DNA from: an uncultured Ohtaekwangia sp.
Lineage (GTDB): Bacteria; Bacteroidota; Bacteroidia; Cytophagales; Cyclobacteriaceae
Assembly (NCBI GenBank): GCA_964490505.1
Contig: CAZBCP010000016.1
Location: 36,676-100,675, forward strand
Reading direction: 5' to 3'
DNA: 64,000 nucleotides
Positions 1-8,935 of this stretch are shown here, piece after piece. Both the position numbers and the translations under genes were made by a program. Every line of letters starts with the position of its first letter. Position 1 is the stretch's first letter. The notes beneath the pieces are model-generated. The model ran no database searches. It was not told the DNA's origin and worked only from the letters and a program-made list of their open reading frames with translations.

Positions 1-1
1 C

Positions 2-877
2 GGAAAGCCTGTTTATCGGTCGTCCTATTTTCCTTTAGGTTCAATCAGTGAAGGCACCGGGTATCTTCGCTATGATGGACAAGGATGTATTAATCCCCTT
101 TACTTTACGTTTACCCCTATAGGGACAATTTATTTAAAGGTCGTTGCCAAACTTCACCCCTCGGGTGCCACAAGTCCTACCCAGGATATTTACTTAATAG
201 TAAAATATCCCGTCGCACCCCCTACGGTAATAACTACCACCGAAACTTTTGCGAGTGGCCCAGAGGACCTGCCCGAAGACTTGACAATACCAGAAAATGG
301 TTCAGTATTAGTTCAGGCAAAAGCATTAAATACCTTAACAGCTTCAAGTTTTACGGTATCAAACCCTGGTTCTCCAAACACTGGCGCATTATACGCTGGC
401 GAGGCAATAATTGTTAAAGCAGGCGCGGTACTAACACCCAACATAACATTAAGGGTTGGGCCACAGTATATCTATTCGCCATCAGCACCCACTTTACAAT
501 CACTTCGAGTTACATCAGCAGAACTTGCTAGTTTTTGCGGAGGTTCCGGCTATAATACCACAGGTAGAAACTCTCCTGCTGCCAGGATAGCCGCTGAAGA
601 AATAGAAGTAATACCAAAGGAGAAGTTTTTTGCTTTTTATCCCAATCCTACCTCCGATCAGGTAACGTTTAAATATTTTATCGAAGAGCGTTCTTCGGTC
701 ACATTAAACATTGTTGATGTGTCTGGAAAGATCGTTGCGCAGCTTATTGATGATTACAAAGACATGGGAGATTACGCTTATCAACTTAATACTTCAGGTT
801 TGCCCGCGGGCTTATACATAGTCAGGTTTGCGTCAAATAAATTAAGCAGGACGGAGAAATTGGTGGTGATAAGGTAA
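2..877 (+). CDS. Secreted protein, 5'-truncated by the window edge, with a T9SS (Por) C-terminal sorting domain
   Basis: Frame 2 is open from nt 2 to the stop at 877; the TTG at 281 in the ORF track is only the first in-frame start. The last ~85 aa (FYPNPTSDQVTF...VDVSGKIV...GLYIVRF...KLVVIR) fit the type-A T9SS C-terminal domain pattern. Confidence 0.75.
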   Translation, partial: GKPVYRSSYFPLGSISEGTGYLRYDGQGCINPLYFTFTPIGTIYLKVVAKLHPSGATSPTQDIYLIVKYPVAPPTVITTTETFASGPEDLPEDLTIPENGSVLVQAKALNTLTASSFTVSNPGSPNTGALYAGEAIIVKAGAVLTPNITLRVGPQYIYSPSAPTLQSLRVTSAELASFCGGSGYNTTGRNSPAARIAAEEIEVIPKEKFFAFYPNPTSDQVTFKYFIEERSSVTLNIVDVSGKIVAQLIDDYKDMGDYAYQLNTSGLPAGLYIVRFASNKLSRTEKLVVIR

Positions 878-1106
878 TGTCAAGAACTTTTTATTTGGGG
901 GATGGAAAGAAAAATGCCACCTATAGAAAGACTTGCCATTGCATTTCTTATGGAAGAAGCTCAAAGCCGGATTTGAGTATACCCAGTTGATTTACCGGTT
1001 AGGCGCCAGATTCGACTAAACAACCCTGGCGCGAGGCGCGCCACGCGACCCTGGATCCGTTGAAAAAATACTCAAAAACAAGAAAGATTTCCTCTCAGAA
1101 GTCTTT

Positions 1107-1124
1107 AAGTCGGGGTGAGAGGAT
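1107..1124. repeat. Distal att-like direct repeat (copy of the tRNA-Pro 3' end)
   Basis: AAGTCGGGGTGAGAGGAT is identical to 12758-12775. The bases immediately flanking it on both sides differ between the two copies. Confidence 0.8.
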
Positions 1125-1429
1125 GAGGAAGGCTCTTTAAATCTTAACTATTTAGATGAATTTCGAGTATTGAGAGAACGAAGGGCACGGATAGGGCATA
1201 GCGGTTTGTAGTGCTTGGGGTAAAGGTAAGAATTGACAGTCCATTACAATCAAATTCAATACGATTTGTGATTTTACGTTAAAAAGACAGGCTGCGCAAG
1301 TGTGACTCATTATTGGGCAGTTTGGTTCTAGCAGTTTGTTTTAATAATTTCACAAGGAGCCCTTCCCTCGGCAACTGCCAAGGGTGAGGGCTTTTTACGT
1401 AAAGACGTAACCACGCCTAGCTCAGACGC

Positions 1430-2224
1430 ATGAATCACACCCCACCAATACAACTTCCTTACGGCACTCATTCAGTAGCATATTACTGTAAGAAGGAACC
1501 TACCAGTGTTGTACTTTTTATTCACGGATTTCTCGGAAATGCTACCTCTACGTGGGATGAATTTCCAGCTCTAATTCGCGAGCGGCGGGATTTTGAAAAT
1601 TCAGACGTGATCTTTTATGGATACGACAGCGAAAAAGGACAAGCAAGTAACAATGCGCTCAAGTTTTATGAGTTTCTTAAAATTGCCCTAGTACAAACTC
1701 CAGGGACAATAAATTATCAACGCCGCGGGTTGCCTGAAAGCTTTCAATACTCAAAAATAATTTTCGTCGCACATTCACTGGGTTCAATTGTTCTACGGCG
1801 GGCGCTGTTAAACGCGAAAGCTGAAAAATGTAAGTGGCTCGAAAAAGAAAAAATGGTGCTCTTTGCACCAGCTCATCGCGGCGCGCGTGTTCAAAAATTA
1901 ATCTTTGATTCGCTCAATAGCTTTGGAAAAGTCATCGCTGGCCTTGGATTTTTTGGAATACCTGTACTAGATGACTTGCGACCTGAGTCGGTCACGATTA
2001 CAAGCTTAATCAAGGATACCGAAGCTTTACTTCAAAAAAATGAGGGAGAATTCACGAAGGCTCATACTGTAATCTGGGCCGGCAACGAGTACGTTGTCCA
2101 CAACGAGAGATTTTGCGAAGATCCAATTGCAAAGGTAATCGGTGACAAAACTCACAGTGAAGTTTGTAAGCCTATAGAAAAAAAATTTCTTGATCCAATC
2201 GAATTTGTTATCAAAGCATTATGA
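1430..2224 (+). CDS. Alpha/beta-hydrolase fold protein (lipase/esterase-like, PGAP1/DUF676-like)
   Basis: VVLFIHGFLGN (oxyanion region), nucleophile elbow FVAHSLGS (Ser116, codon 1775-1777), and a C-terminal DKTHSEVCKP His motif. The stop overlaps the next gene's start (ATGA at 2221-2224). Confidence 0.7.
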   Translation: MNHTPPIQLPYGTHSVAYYCKKEPTSVVLFIHGFLGNATSTWDEFPALIRERRDFENSDVIFYGYDSEKGQASNNALKFYEFLKIALVQTPGTINYQRRGLPESFQYSKIIFVAHSLGSIVLRRALLNAKAEKCKWLEKEKMVLFAPAHRGARVQKLIFDSLNSFGKVIAGLGFFGIPVLDDLRPESVTITSLIKDTEALLQKNEGEFTKAHTVIWAGNEYVVHNERFCEDPIAKVIGDKTHSEVCKPIEKKFLDPIEFVIKAL

Positions 2225-5200
2225 AAGATTTGGCACGAGAATTCAATTTTGACATCATCGTTGGGCAATACCGCTTGACGGGCCAAGCGGAGCAGGCACA
2301 CAAATTATTGAAGGTTTACTTAAGTGGCAGTGAGGGGAATTTGGCTGAGAAGCTTCGCGATCATAGAAGAAAATCTATTGGTGAGGATGAAACCCAATTT
2401 CGAGATGATGTTGATGTATTGCTTGACTTCTATTCAATCATTCAGGTAGGGCAAATAGCAAACTACTTCCCAGCGAATCTTCCTGACTGGTTTAAACAAG
2501 AAATTCTTGAAATTCTCGGTAACGCAGACGTTAGACGATACTACGAGGAATACTATCCCCTTTCGCTTCCCCAAGGATTGCTGCGTGTTGCCCAAGATGA
2601 TTTACATTTCAATGGGGTTGAGAGCGTCGAAGGAACAATACTATTTGAAAAATTTCTTTTGATCGTATCCGCAAACAAAGATGCAGACATAGAGTTGTTT
2701 CTTTGGCTCTTAGACAGCGGTTCGGTTGATGGTTACGTTTTAGATGACTTATGGCGAGTTTTTCAAAATCGAGAATTAATTGACCGTAAGTTGGCTAGCG
2801 ACACTAACCATCCATTAAATCGAGCGCTGTGGGGATTCATAAAGTATATTCAATTTCTTTCCGACTATAAAGCTCTACTGGTTCAGGCGCGACGATTTAC
2901 TTTGCTTCAATCGGCGCTTTGGCAATATCAAGCTTATTGGTTTTCGAAAATGAAAGATCGTCTCGGTGAAATCATTAGTGTCGCTATCGACAACATCATT
3001 CTCGCCGCCAACAACCTCGACCCCGGGGCTTTAATTGCAGGTGATTCCCTTATTTCTGACGAAAGCGACGTGCAAGTTTGGAAACATTCTGTTGAAAAAC
3101 TAAACCTTATCAAGCAGGACATAACGTTTCTTATGAATACGGAACTCGGCATGCCTTATAAGAAATTCATTTTGAGTGCGATCGAAACTAAACGACCAAT
3201 GAATCTTCTTGAAAAGCTTTTAAGGGAAAAAATCGAGAAAGGTGATGTCAAATTTGATATTTATGTTTTAAAGGGATTCGCAAATGATATACTGAGAAAT
3301 GTCTCCGATGTCATTGAGCCTGTCGCCATTCTCCCATTTGACGAAACATTGAAGCTTGACTTAGATAAAATAACAAATAGTTTCCTTGATCTAATCACTT
3401 CGATTAGACAAATACATTCGAATAAGCCGTTCTATATGTCCTTTGAATCGCTGCTATTCTTGTCGAGGGAGATGAATTTGGACCAGCTTAAGAAGCGTTT
3501 TTTAGTCATTGAAAACAATTTTTTCAACGAATATGTAAATCAAAGTAACTATGACGGTGTCGACTTCGAACATACACTTGATAGTGGAAAGGAAATCCCG
3601 GAATCTGGTTTGTTCTATTCATTTTATTCAAACGCTGCATGGAGAAATGGCGAGCTGTTGGTTCAATATATTGATGGCATTCCAGAAGAGTTTAGCAGTG
3701 TATCGAAGGCATATTTGATTGGTGACGGCCCTAAATCATTGAAACTAGAATCAACTTCCTCCAGCGCCTTACCGGAAAATACAACCTTACTTCAGCCATT
3801 TCAGATTCACTACGAAGAGTTGAAACGGAAGCTGACGGAATATGAACTTGCTAACCAAATTTTTGTAATTGATAAGCGAACCCAATTCCAAAGAGAGGCT
3901 AGCGCTGAATTGAACAAGTTCCTTAGCTTTATTGAACAAGCCGGGTTGAAGTGCAAAGTCTTGCAAGTAGACGACCGAATAGACACTACTTACAGACCAG
4001 AGCTGCGTCGACTCCTTAAAGATCATTGGAACAGTGAGGTCTTCAGAACCCTGAGGATTTACGAGGATCCAGATGTCGGTAACGAGCTCATTGATATAAA
4101 TCAAGGAGCTGTTGTGGAACAGATTGTTCAACAGTTTGAGGCTGCTCAAAAAGGTGAACCGGTCCGTGACGTTTTGTTGACTGCGCCAACTGGTTCAGGA
4201 AAGTCCTTGTTGTTCCAAATGCCCGCAATGTATTTAGCTGAGAGATACTCGGCGGTTACGATTGTCATCTCGCCCCTCATTGCACTGATGAAGGACCAGG
4301 TGCTCTCTCTACAGCGCGAGCGCGGGTATCAAGGTGTCGCATTCATGAATTCGGAACTTTCATTGTCCGATCGCGCCGAGGTTATCGATAAGATAAAGTT
4401 TGGTGACGTGTCAATTCTTTACATGTCTCCGGAACTTTTACTGTCATACGAACTATCGACCTTTATTGGTAACCGTACGCTTGGACTTTTTGTCATTGAT
4501 GAAGCACACTTAGTCACGACGTGGGGCCGGGATTTTAGAGTTGACTACTGGTATCTTGGAAATTTCATTCGAAGAATCAGAAAGTTTCACCAATTCAAAT
4601 TCCCCGTCATCGCTGTCACGGCGACGGCAGTCTACAATGGTCCAAATGATATGGTCTTCGAGACTTTAGATAGCCTATCACTTGAAAATTCAATAATGTA
4701 CATTGGCAAAGTAAAAAGAGAAGAGATACATTTTGAGATTTTTGCGGCTAAATTTGGCAGCTCTCATGAAAAAGAAAAGATTTCCCTTACTGCGAAGCGA
4801 GTAACGGAGTTACTCGACGCGGGTGAAAAGATAATAGTTTATTGCCCATGGAAGAGTCAATTAAAGGCAATAAGAGATAGTCTAAGTCCGAAGCATAAAG
4901 AATTAACTGGCGTTTACTTTAGTGATCTAGTTAAAGAAATTAAGAATGAAACGTACGAAGATTTCAAAAGTGGGCGACTACGGGCTATAGTTTCAACTAA
5001 GGCATTTGGAATGGGGGTTGATATTGATGACATAACGGTTGTATATCATCATGCGCCTTCTGGTCATTTGGCGGATTACGTACAAGAAATCGGTCGGCTT
5101 GCTCGCAAAACTAATATGGTCGGTAAGGCTATGACAAATTTCAATCCTAAAGACCTTAAGTTCACCAAAATATTATACGGCTTATCGTCGATAAAACAAT

Positions 5201-6408
5201 TTCAAGTTCGCTTGGTTCTGGAAAAAATTGTGAGGCTTCAGGCTTTGAAGCAACGACGTAATTTACTAATGTCTGTTGATGACTTTCAACATATATTTAA
5301 TTTCGAAGATGTCGACGTTGAACAAAAGGTAAAAAGCACGTTACTACTCCTTGAGAAGGATCTTCTCACCAAGTATAGATATAATGTGCTATTGGCGCGT
5401 CCTAAAAGTTTGTTTACGACAGTTTTCGTCCGTTTAAAGAACGGTGATCGGTCTTCGTTTTTGGCCAAGTACTCCGCCTTTTGCAAGGCAATCCCAAATG
5501 CAAAAATTGAAATGAAAGACTCTTCAGTGTATACAATTGAATTAGATAAAATTTGGGAGAAGTATCATTCAGATGTTAGTTTCCCAGCAATCAAAAAAGA
5601 GTATTTCGACAAGACGCTCTTCGCAAAAGATAATCTTGATATAAGTCCACAACTAAAATTCACCGTGTATTTAAATCAATCCAGCCAAGACTCATTTGTC
5701 GGCATGAACGCTATGTTTGAAAAGGTCGAATTTAGTTTAGCTAAATTCGGTGGAGGCTTTTTCAAGAAGCAAGATCTGGTGAAAAACCTCCACGATGTTC
5801 TAGCCGACAGGGTTCTAGCCAAACGTATTGCCGATCTAATTGTCTCAGTATATTCTAGTCCTGTTACGGGGATCGGTGCGAAACATTCTCAATTTGTAAA
5901 AACCGAGTGTTTTATACAGCAAAAACGTTCGGAGACGGATTATGACTATAGAGTAATTAGTCGGGCCTATCCTAAGGTGAGGTCCACAATCAAGAACAGA
6001 TTCGAGAGAATGTTTGGGAAGTTGAGTGATACGGAACGTGAGCAAGTCTTCTTCCTTCCTGCTGACTATGACAAAAATGTCGGGATGTTTAAGATGGCCT
6101 ATGTACTTGAGGCATTTGGTCTTGGGTCATATGAGGTCAACGGAGGCGAGAAACCTGGAGTCTTCGTTCGTATAAATGATCCCTCAAAGCTAAAACGACT
6201 AGTAAGGGGTGAATATTCAAATAATCTATTGCAAGAAATTGATCGCCAACAGAAAACGTCTGTCCAGATTATGGATTATTTCTTCACTCAACAAATGTCT
6301 GACGCTCGAAGGTGGTCATTTATTGAAGCATACTTTTTAGGAAAACCTACGGAAGAACTGATTGGTGAGAGTCTCTTGCTGGAAGGCGAGGAGGACGACG
6401 ACGCGTAA
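2221..6408 (+). CDS. Giant RecQ-like SF2 helicase (1395 aa) with uncharacterised N- and C-terminal regions
   Basis: Motif I LLTAPTGSGKS (K661). Motif II FVIDEAHLVTTWGRDFR, the RecQ-type DEAH..WG.DFR (D760-H763). Motif III AVTATA. Motif V/VI STKAFGMGVDIDD...YVQEIGRLAR. The helicase core spans ~aa 640-965. About 640 aa before it and ~430 aa after it (acidic tail EGEEDDDA) carry no motif I recognise. Confidence 0.85.
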   Translation: MKDLAREFNFDIIVGQYRLTGQAEQAHKLLKVYLSGSEGNLAEKLRDHRRKSIGEDETQFRDDVDVLLDFYSIIQVGQIANYFPANLPDWFKQEILEILGNADVRRYYEEYYPLSLPQGLLRVAQDDLHFNGVESVEGTILFEKFLLIVSANKDADIELFLWLLDSGSVDGYVLDDLWRVFQNRELIDRKLASDTNHPLNRALWGFIKYIQFLSDYKALLVQARRFTLLQSALWQYQAYWFSKMKDRLGEIISVAIDNIILAANNLDPGALIAGDSLISDESDVQVWKHSVEKLNLIKQDITFLMNTELGMPYKKFILSAIETKRPMNLLEKLLREKIEKGDVKFDIYVLKGFANDILRNVSDVIEPVAILPFDETLKLDLDKITNSFLDLITSIRQIHSNKPFYMSFESLLFLSREMNLDQLKKRFLVIENNFFNEYVNQSNYDGVDFEHTLDSGKEIPESGLFYSFYSNAAWRNGELLVQYIDGIPEEFSSVSKAYLIGDGPKSLKLESTSSSALPENTTLLQPFQIHYEELKRKLTEYELANQIFVIDKRTQFQREASAELNKFLSFIEQAGLKCKVLQVDDRIDTTYRPELRRLLKDHWNSEVFRTLRIYEDPDVGNELIDINQGAVVEQIVQQFEAAQKGEPVRDVLLTAPTGSGKSLLFQMPAMYLAERYSAVTIVISPLIALMKDQVLSLQRERGYQGVAFMNSELSLSDRAEVIDKIKFGDVSILYMSPELLLSYELSTFIGNRTLGLFVIDEAHLVTTWGRDFRVDYWYLGNFIRRIRKFHQFKFPVIAVTATAVYNGPNDMVFETLDSLSLENSIMYIGKVKREEIHFEIFAAKFGSSHEKEKISLTAKRVTELLDAGEKIIVYCPWKSQLKAIRDSLSPKHKELTGVYFSDLVKEIKNETYEDFKSGRLRAIVSTKAFGMGVDIDDITVVYHHAPSGHLADYVQEIGRLARKTNMVGKAMTNFNPKDLKFTKILYGLSSIKQFQVRLVLEKIVRLQALKQRRNLLMSVDDFQHIFNFEDVDVEQKVKSTLLLLEKDLLTKYRYNVLLARPKSLFTTVFVRLKNGDRSSFLAKYSAFCKAIPNAKIEMKDSSVYTIELDKIWEKYHSDVSFPAIKKEYFDKTLFAKDNLDISPQLKFTVYLNQSSQDSFVGMNAMFEKVEFSLAKFGGGFFKKQDLVKNLHDVLADRVLAKRIADLIVSVYSSPVTGIGAKHSQFVKTECFIQQKRSETDYDYRVISRAYPKVRSTIKNRFERMFGKLSDTEREQVFFLPADYDKNVGMFKMAYVLEAFGLGSYEVNGGEKPGVFVRINDPSKLKRLVRGEYSNNLLQEIDRQQKTSVQIMDYFFTQQMSDARRWSFIEAYFLGKPTEELIGESLLLEGEEDDDA

Positions 6409-6667
6409 GTAGAATGAATGATATCACCGCTGGGTCTTGATTCAATAAACAACCCGATTCGTCTGGATTTGTTGTTGTAGTTACTGATGTTGGAATGTGG
6501 GTAACTCAACGGAATGCCATTTGGCCGCACGATCTTTTACGAGTTATCCAGATTTCGACATCGGACCTGGCTCAACCTGACCTTAAAACGACCTCAAAAT
6601 CAACTTTTCAAGTATCAGAATGGCCGAGTTCCGAGGCCCATTCGCGATATGATCAACGTGTCTCTCG

Positions 6668-6757
6668 TACGAATGTGTATACATTCGTACATCTTGCCGA
6701 AACCACAAATCGGGTTTCTGTGTCCTACGAATGCGCCAGCATTCGTACATCTTGCCG
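6668..6757. repeat. Two copies of a 32-nt hairpin-containing direct repeat (TACGAATG-N6-CATTCGTACATCTTGCCG)
   Basis: Copy 1 at 6668-6699 (loop GTGTAT... tacgaatgTGTATAcattcgta) and copy 2 at 6726-6757 (tacgaatgCGCCAGcattcgta). Each has perfect 8-bp arms and the same 10-nt tail CATCTTGCCG. No U-run follows on either strand. Confidence 0.8.
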
Positions 6758-6791
6758 TGACTTAGAAATGATCTCATAGTACTTTAGAATT

Positions 6792-7694
6792 TCACTTCCA
6801 AGGTCCTGGCGCAAGCCATCTTTTTGCTCCTTTTTTAGTACTGATTTGATCTACGACTGGCGATAGGAAATTTGTAACCGCATTCACGATTTCCTCAAAA
6901 GACGCGGGCAGATGCTCCGACTTTAACCTGTTTCTAAAAGCACTCCATTGGAGCTGCTTTTCCTTTATAAAATCGGGACCGAAAACAAACAAGTTCAGAG
7001 GAAGATCAGTGCCTCGTTGGTGGAAGGTCAGTCGAATGGCTTCAGCTAAATGCGTCGATTCAAAATCGAATTGCCGCGAGAGACTCCAGATGTCAAAAAA
7101 ATCTTTCATTCGACTGTTCAGTCTTCCAAGACTTATCGCGGCTTCGAACTTTTCAGCAATGGAACTCTCTCGCGTGTAGCACAATAGTTTCGCTGGCAAA
7201 AAGCCTAACATTGAAGGCAATTCAATTAATTGTGCCGAAGGGTGAACAATATCTCCAAATCCAATATCGATTTGCATTGGTATCTCAGCATTCCCTAAGA
7301 AGCCTTTAAATGTTATTCTGAGGCCGTGACAGTCGGCATCTTCAGTGATACGTTCGACAGTTGATGAGGTCCTATCGAATTCTAATCCGTCAGCCTCTAC
7401 AGGAGTTGCAATGATGTCGTTTATCATTTGAAGGACAGCGCCTTCATCATTCTTGGTCTTCCCCAGCATGTCGATGTCTCTGGTCGGTCTTGTCTCGCTC
7501 GCTTGCCACACCCTAAGCATTAATGCTCCCTTCAATACGAACAATTTCGCATGACTAGACTTACTCCAACGATAAAGGAATCTATCCATGGCAAAGTAGT
7601 GTAACAACTCGTTGAAGGGTCTTTTGTCTTTTCGGGCCTGATCCAATAATCGAGCGTGAATTGACGCAGCAATATTTTTAATGGATTTATTCAT
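6792..7694 (-). CDS. abiEii: AbiEii/AbiGii-family nucleotidyltransferase toxin (type IV TA / abortive infection)
   Basis: N-terminal MNKSIKNIAASIHARLLDQARK..., pol-beta NTase motif LKGALML...RPTRDIDML, length 300 aa. Start overlaps the stop of the upstream AbiEi gene (ATGA). Confidence 0.85.
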   Translation of the reverse strand: MNKSIKNIAASIHARLLDQARKDKRPFNELLHYFAMDRFLYRWSKSSHAKLFVLKGALMLRVWQASETRPTRDIDMLGKTKNDEGAVLQMINDIIATPVEADGLEFDRTSSTVERITEDADCHGLRITFKGFLGNAEIPMQIDIGFGDIVHPSAQLIELPSMLGFLPAKLLCYTRESSIAEKFEAAISLGRLNSRMKDFFDIWSLSRQFDFESTHLAEAIRLTFHQRGTDLPLNLFVFGPDFIKEKQLQWSAFRNRLKSEHLPASFEEIVNAVTNFLSPVVDQISTKKGAKRWLAPGPWK

Positions 7695-8302
7695 ATGATT
7701 GCTTCAAGGTATGGGCGTATTTGCTTTTCAACACGACAAATGCGGGCATACTTAAGAAGGCGTTCTGTATTAATTCGTTGGAGCGACCTATACTTTTTAA
7801 GAGCTTCAAGAAAAACATCCAGCCCAATCTTGTTCCTAAATTTGAAACAGTCAGCAAGGGTTTTTTCAGGATTGTATATTTTGACCATTACACCGTCAAC
7901 ATTATGTTTTTCTATTCCCTCCTCGTAAGCTTTTCCTCTAAATCTATATACCTTAATCGGGGGGTAACTCAGTCGAGGTGTGCGAGATTTTTCTGGAAGG
8001 GCAATTGATACCTCATGGGGAATCTGAGTTGTTAGTCGATGAAACGAAAGAGATGAAATAAGGCATATAACACCGCTACGGATTGAAAGCGCCGTTGTTA
8101 CCAGATCAGGATTTGACTGGGATTGCATCGATTTTAGTCTATAAACCCCCCTTGCCACAAGTTCCAGGCGTTTAGAACGGACGAGGTTGGTGAGAGTTCT
8201 CGCATAAATTCCTGAAGAAATTGCTTCCTTACTTCGAACAACACCACCTTTTTGTTTTATCCAATTCATTGCACGCTCAGAGGCTTTCTCAACGGTTCTC
8301 AT
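7691..8302 (-). CDS. abiEi: AbiEi-family antitoxin/transcriptional regulator (wHTH N-terminal domain)
   Basis: WIKQKGGVVRSKEAISSGIYARTLTNLVRSKRLELVARGVYRL is the typical AbiEi N-terminal wHTH. I place the start at Met18 of the track ORF (ATG 8300-8302), because the upstream 51 nt contain the promoter and operator. Confidence 0.8.
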   Translation of the reverse strand: MRTVEKASERAMNWIKQKGGVVRSKEAISSGIYARTLTNLVRSKRLELVARGVYRLKSMQSQSNPDLVTTALSIRSGVICLISSLSFHRLTTQIPHEVSIALPEKSRTPRLSYPPIKVYRFRGKAYEEGIEKHNVDGVMVKIYNPEKTLADCFKFRNKIGLDVFLEALKKYRSLQRINTERLLKYARICRVEKQIRPYLEAII

Positions 8303-8313
8303 AATGAATAGTA

Positions 8314-8338
8314 TTGTATATACTTGTATACAAATATA
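8314..8338 (-). promoter_or_regulatory. abiE promoter -7 box overlapping an inverted-repeat operator
   Basis: Inverted repeat TTGTATA-N6-TATACAA at 8314-8333. On the minus strand, TATATTTG (8331-8338) matches the Bacteroidota -7 consensus TAnnTTTG. Both lie 12-36 nt upstream of the abiEi ATG. Confidence 0.55.
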
Positions 8339-8450
8339 AGCGCATTTACGCATAATGGTGTGTGCCTTAGCTTTAAAAGCGTAGGCGTAAATGGGGAAAA
8401 CACTCCAATTTGAATTTTCACATATTTAACTTTTTCTTAATTTTAATTGA

Positions 8451-8495
8451 GCCCCTCTGAAATGCCGAAAGTTGCATTTCCGTGGGCTTTTTTTT
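8451..8495 (+). terminator. Intrinsic-terminator-like hairpin + T8 immediately upstream of the small-ORF array
   Basis: GCCC-CTCT-GAAATGC / loop CGAAAGTT / GCATTTC-CGT-GGGC followed by TTTTTTTT (8488-8495). It sits 22 nt before the ATG at 8518, and no plus-strand gene lies upstream of it. Confidence 0.5.
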
Positions 8496-8517
8496 GCTAA
8501 CCCTTAACGTCAAATTC

Positions 8518-8742
8518 ATGGATGAATCCCAAATAGTTGTAAGACTAGATGCAGTCATCAAACTCCTTGCAGTTGGGCTAATCAAAGGAAAGAGCAATGT
8601 CGAGGCAATCGAAATACTAGGGTCAACAGGACTCGATCGGAACACGATAGCTTCGATTATTGGAGTAGCACCAGCCCAAGTAAGAGCGAGGCTGTCAGAA
8701 TTAAAAAAGAGAAATAAGAAAAAGCATGACCGACAAAACTGA
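8518..8742 (+). CDS. Small HTH protein with Lys-rich C-terminal tail (paralog 1 of 6)
   Basis: MDESQIVVRLDAVIKLLAVGLIKGKSNVEAIEILGSTGLDRNTIASIIGVAPAQVRARLSELKKRNKKKHDRQN. It has a hydrophobic helix, a sigma70-region-4/LuxR-like HTH and a polyK tail. The track's GTG at 8482 lies inside the terminator hairpin, so I use the ATG at 8518. Confidence 0.6.
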   Translation: MDESQIVVRLDAVIKLLAVGLIKGKSNVEAIEILGSTGLDRNTIASIIGVAPAQVRARLSELKKRNKKKHDRQN

Positions 8743-8935
8743 ACAAATTTTCGTCAGGGACATTACTCTCATCAAGAATCTCTTGTCGCATATCCTTATT
8801 CAAGGCAAGCAACAAAATGAAGCCATTAAAGCCTTGAGCAATGCTGGCCTTGAGCCAAAAGAAATTGCCGACATACTTGGAACGTCATCTAATAATGTAA
8901 GCGTAGTACTTTATCAATCAAAAAAGAAAAAATGA
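8726..8935 (+). CDS. Small HTH protein with Lys-rich C-terminal tail (paralog 2 of 6)
   Basis: ...IKNLLSHILIQGKQQNEAIKALSNAGLEPKEIADILGTSSNNVSVVLYQSKKKK. Overlaps paralog 1 by 17 nt. Confidence 0.6.
   Translation: MTDKTEQIFVRDITLIKNLLSHILIQGKQQNEAIKALSNAGLEPKEIADILGTSSNNVSVVLYQSKKKK

Noticed and set aside
897-1106. 24-codon ORF (MERKMPPIERLAIAFLMEEAQSRI) and GC-rich palindromic stretch GGCGCGAGGCGCGCC just outside the island's distal repeat.
   Set aside because: The ORF is too short and featureless to call, and there is no evidence beyond the presence of start and stop codons. The GC-rich stretch is a single occurrence.
6495-6779. Three mutually overlapping ORFs (6495-6779 +, 6514-6765 +, 6583-6777 -) between the helicase and abiEii.
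   Set aside because: They overlap one another in different frames and on both strands, they span the twin hairpin repeats, and they have no recognisable motifs. I treat the region as non-coding.
8303-8353. N-terminal extensions of abiEi (MRKCAYICIQVYTILFI...) and of small ORF 1 (GTG 8482, MGFFLLTLNVKF...).
   Set aside because: The extensions are encoded by the inverted-repeat/-7 box and by the terminator hairpin + T-run respectively. Internal ATGs give N-termini consistent with the family and the paralogs.
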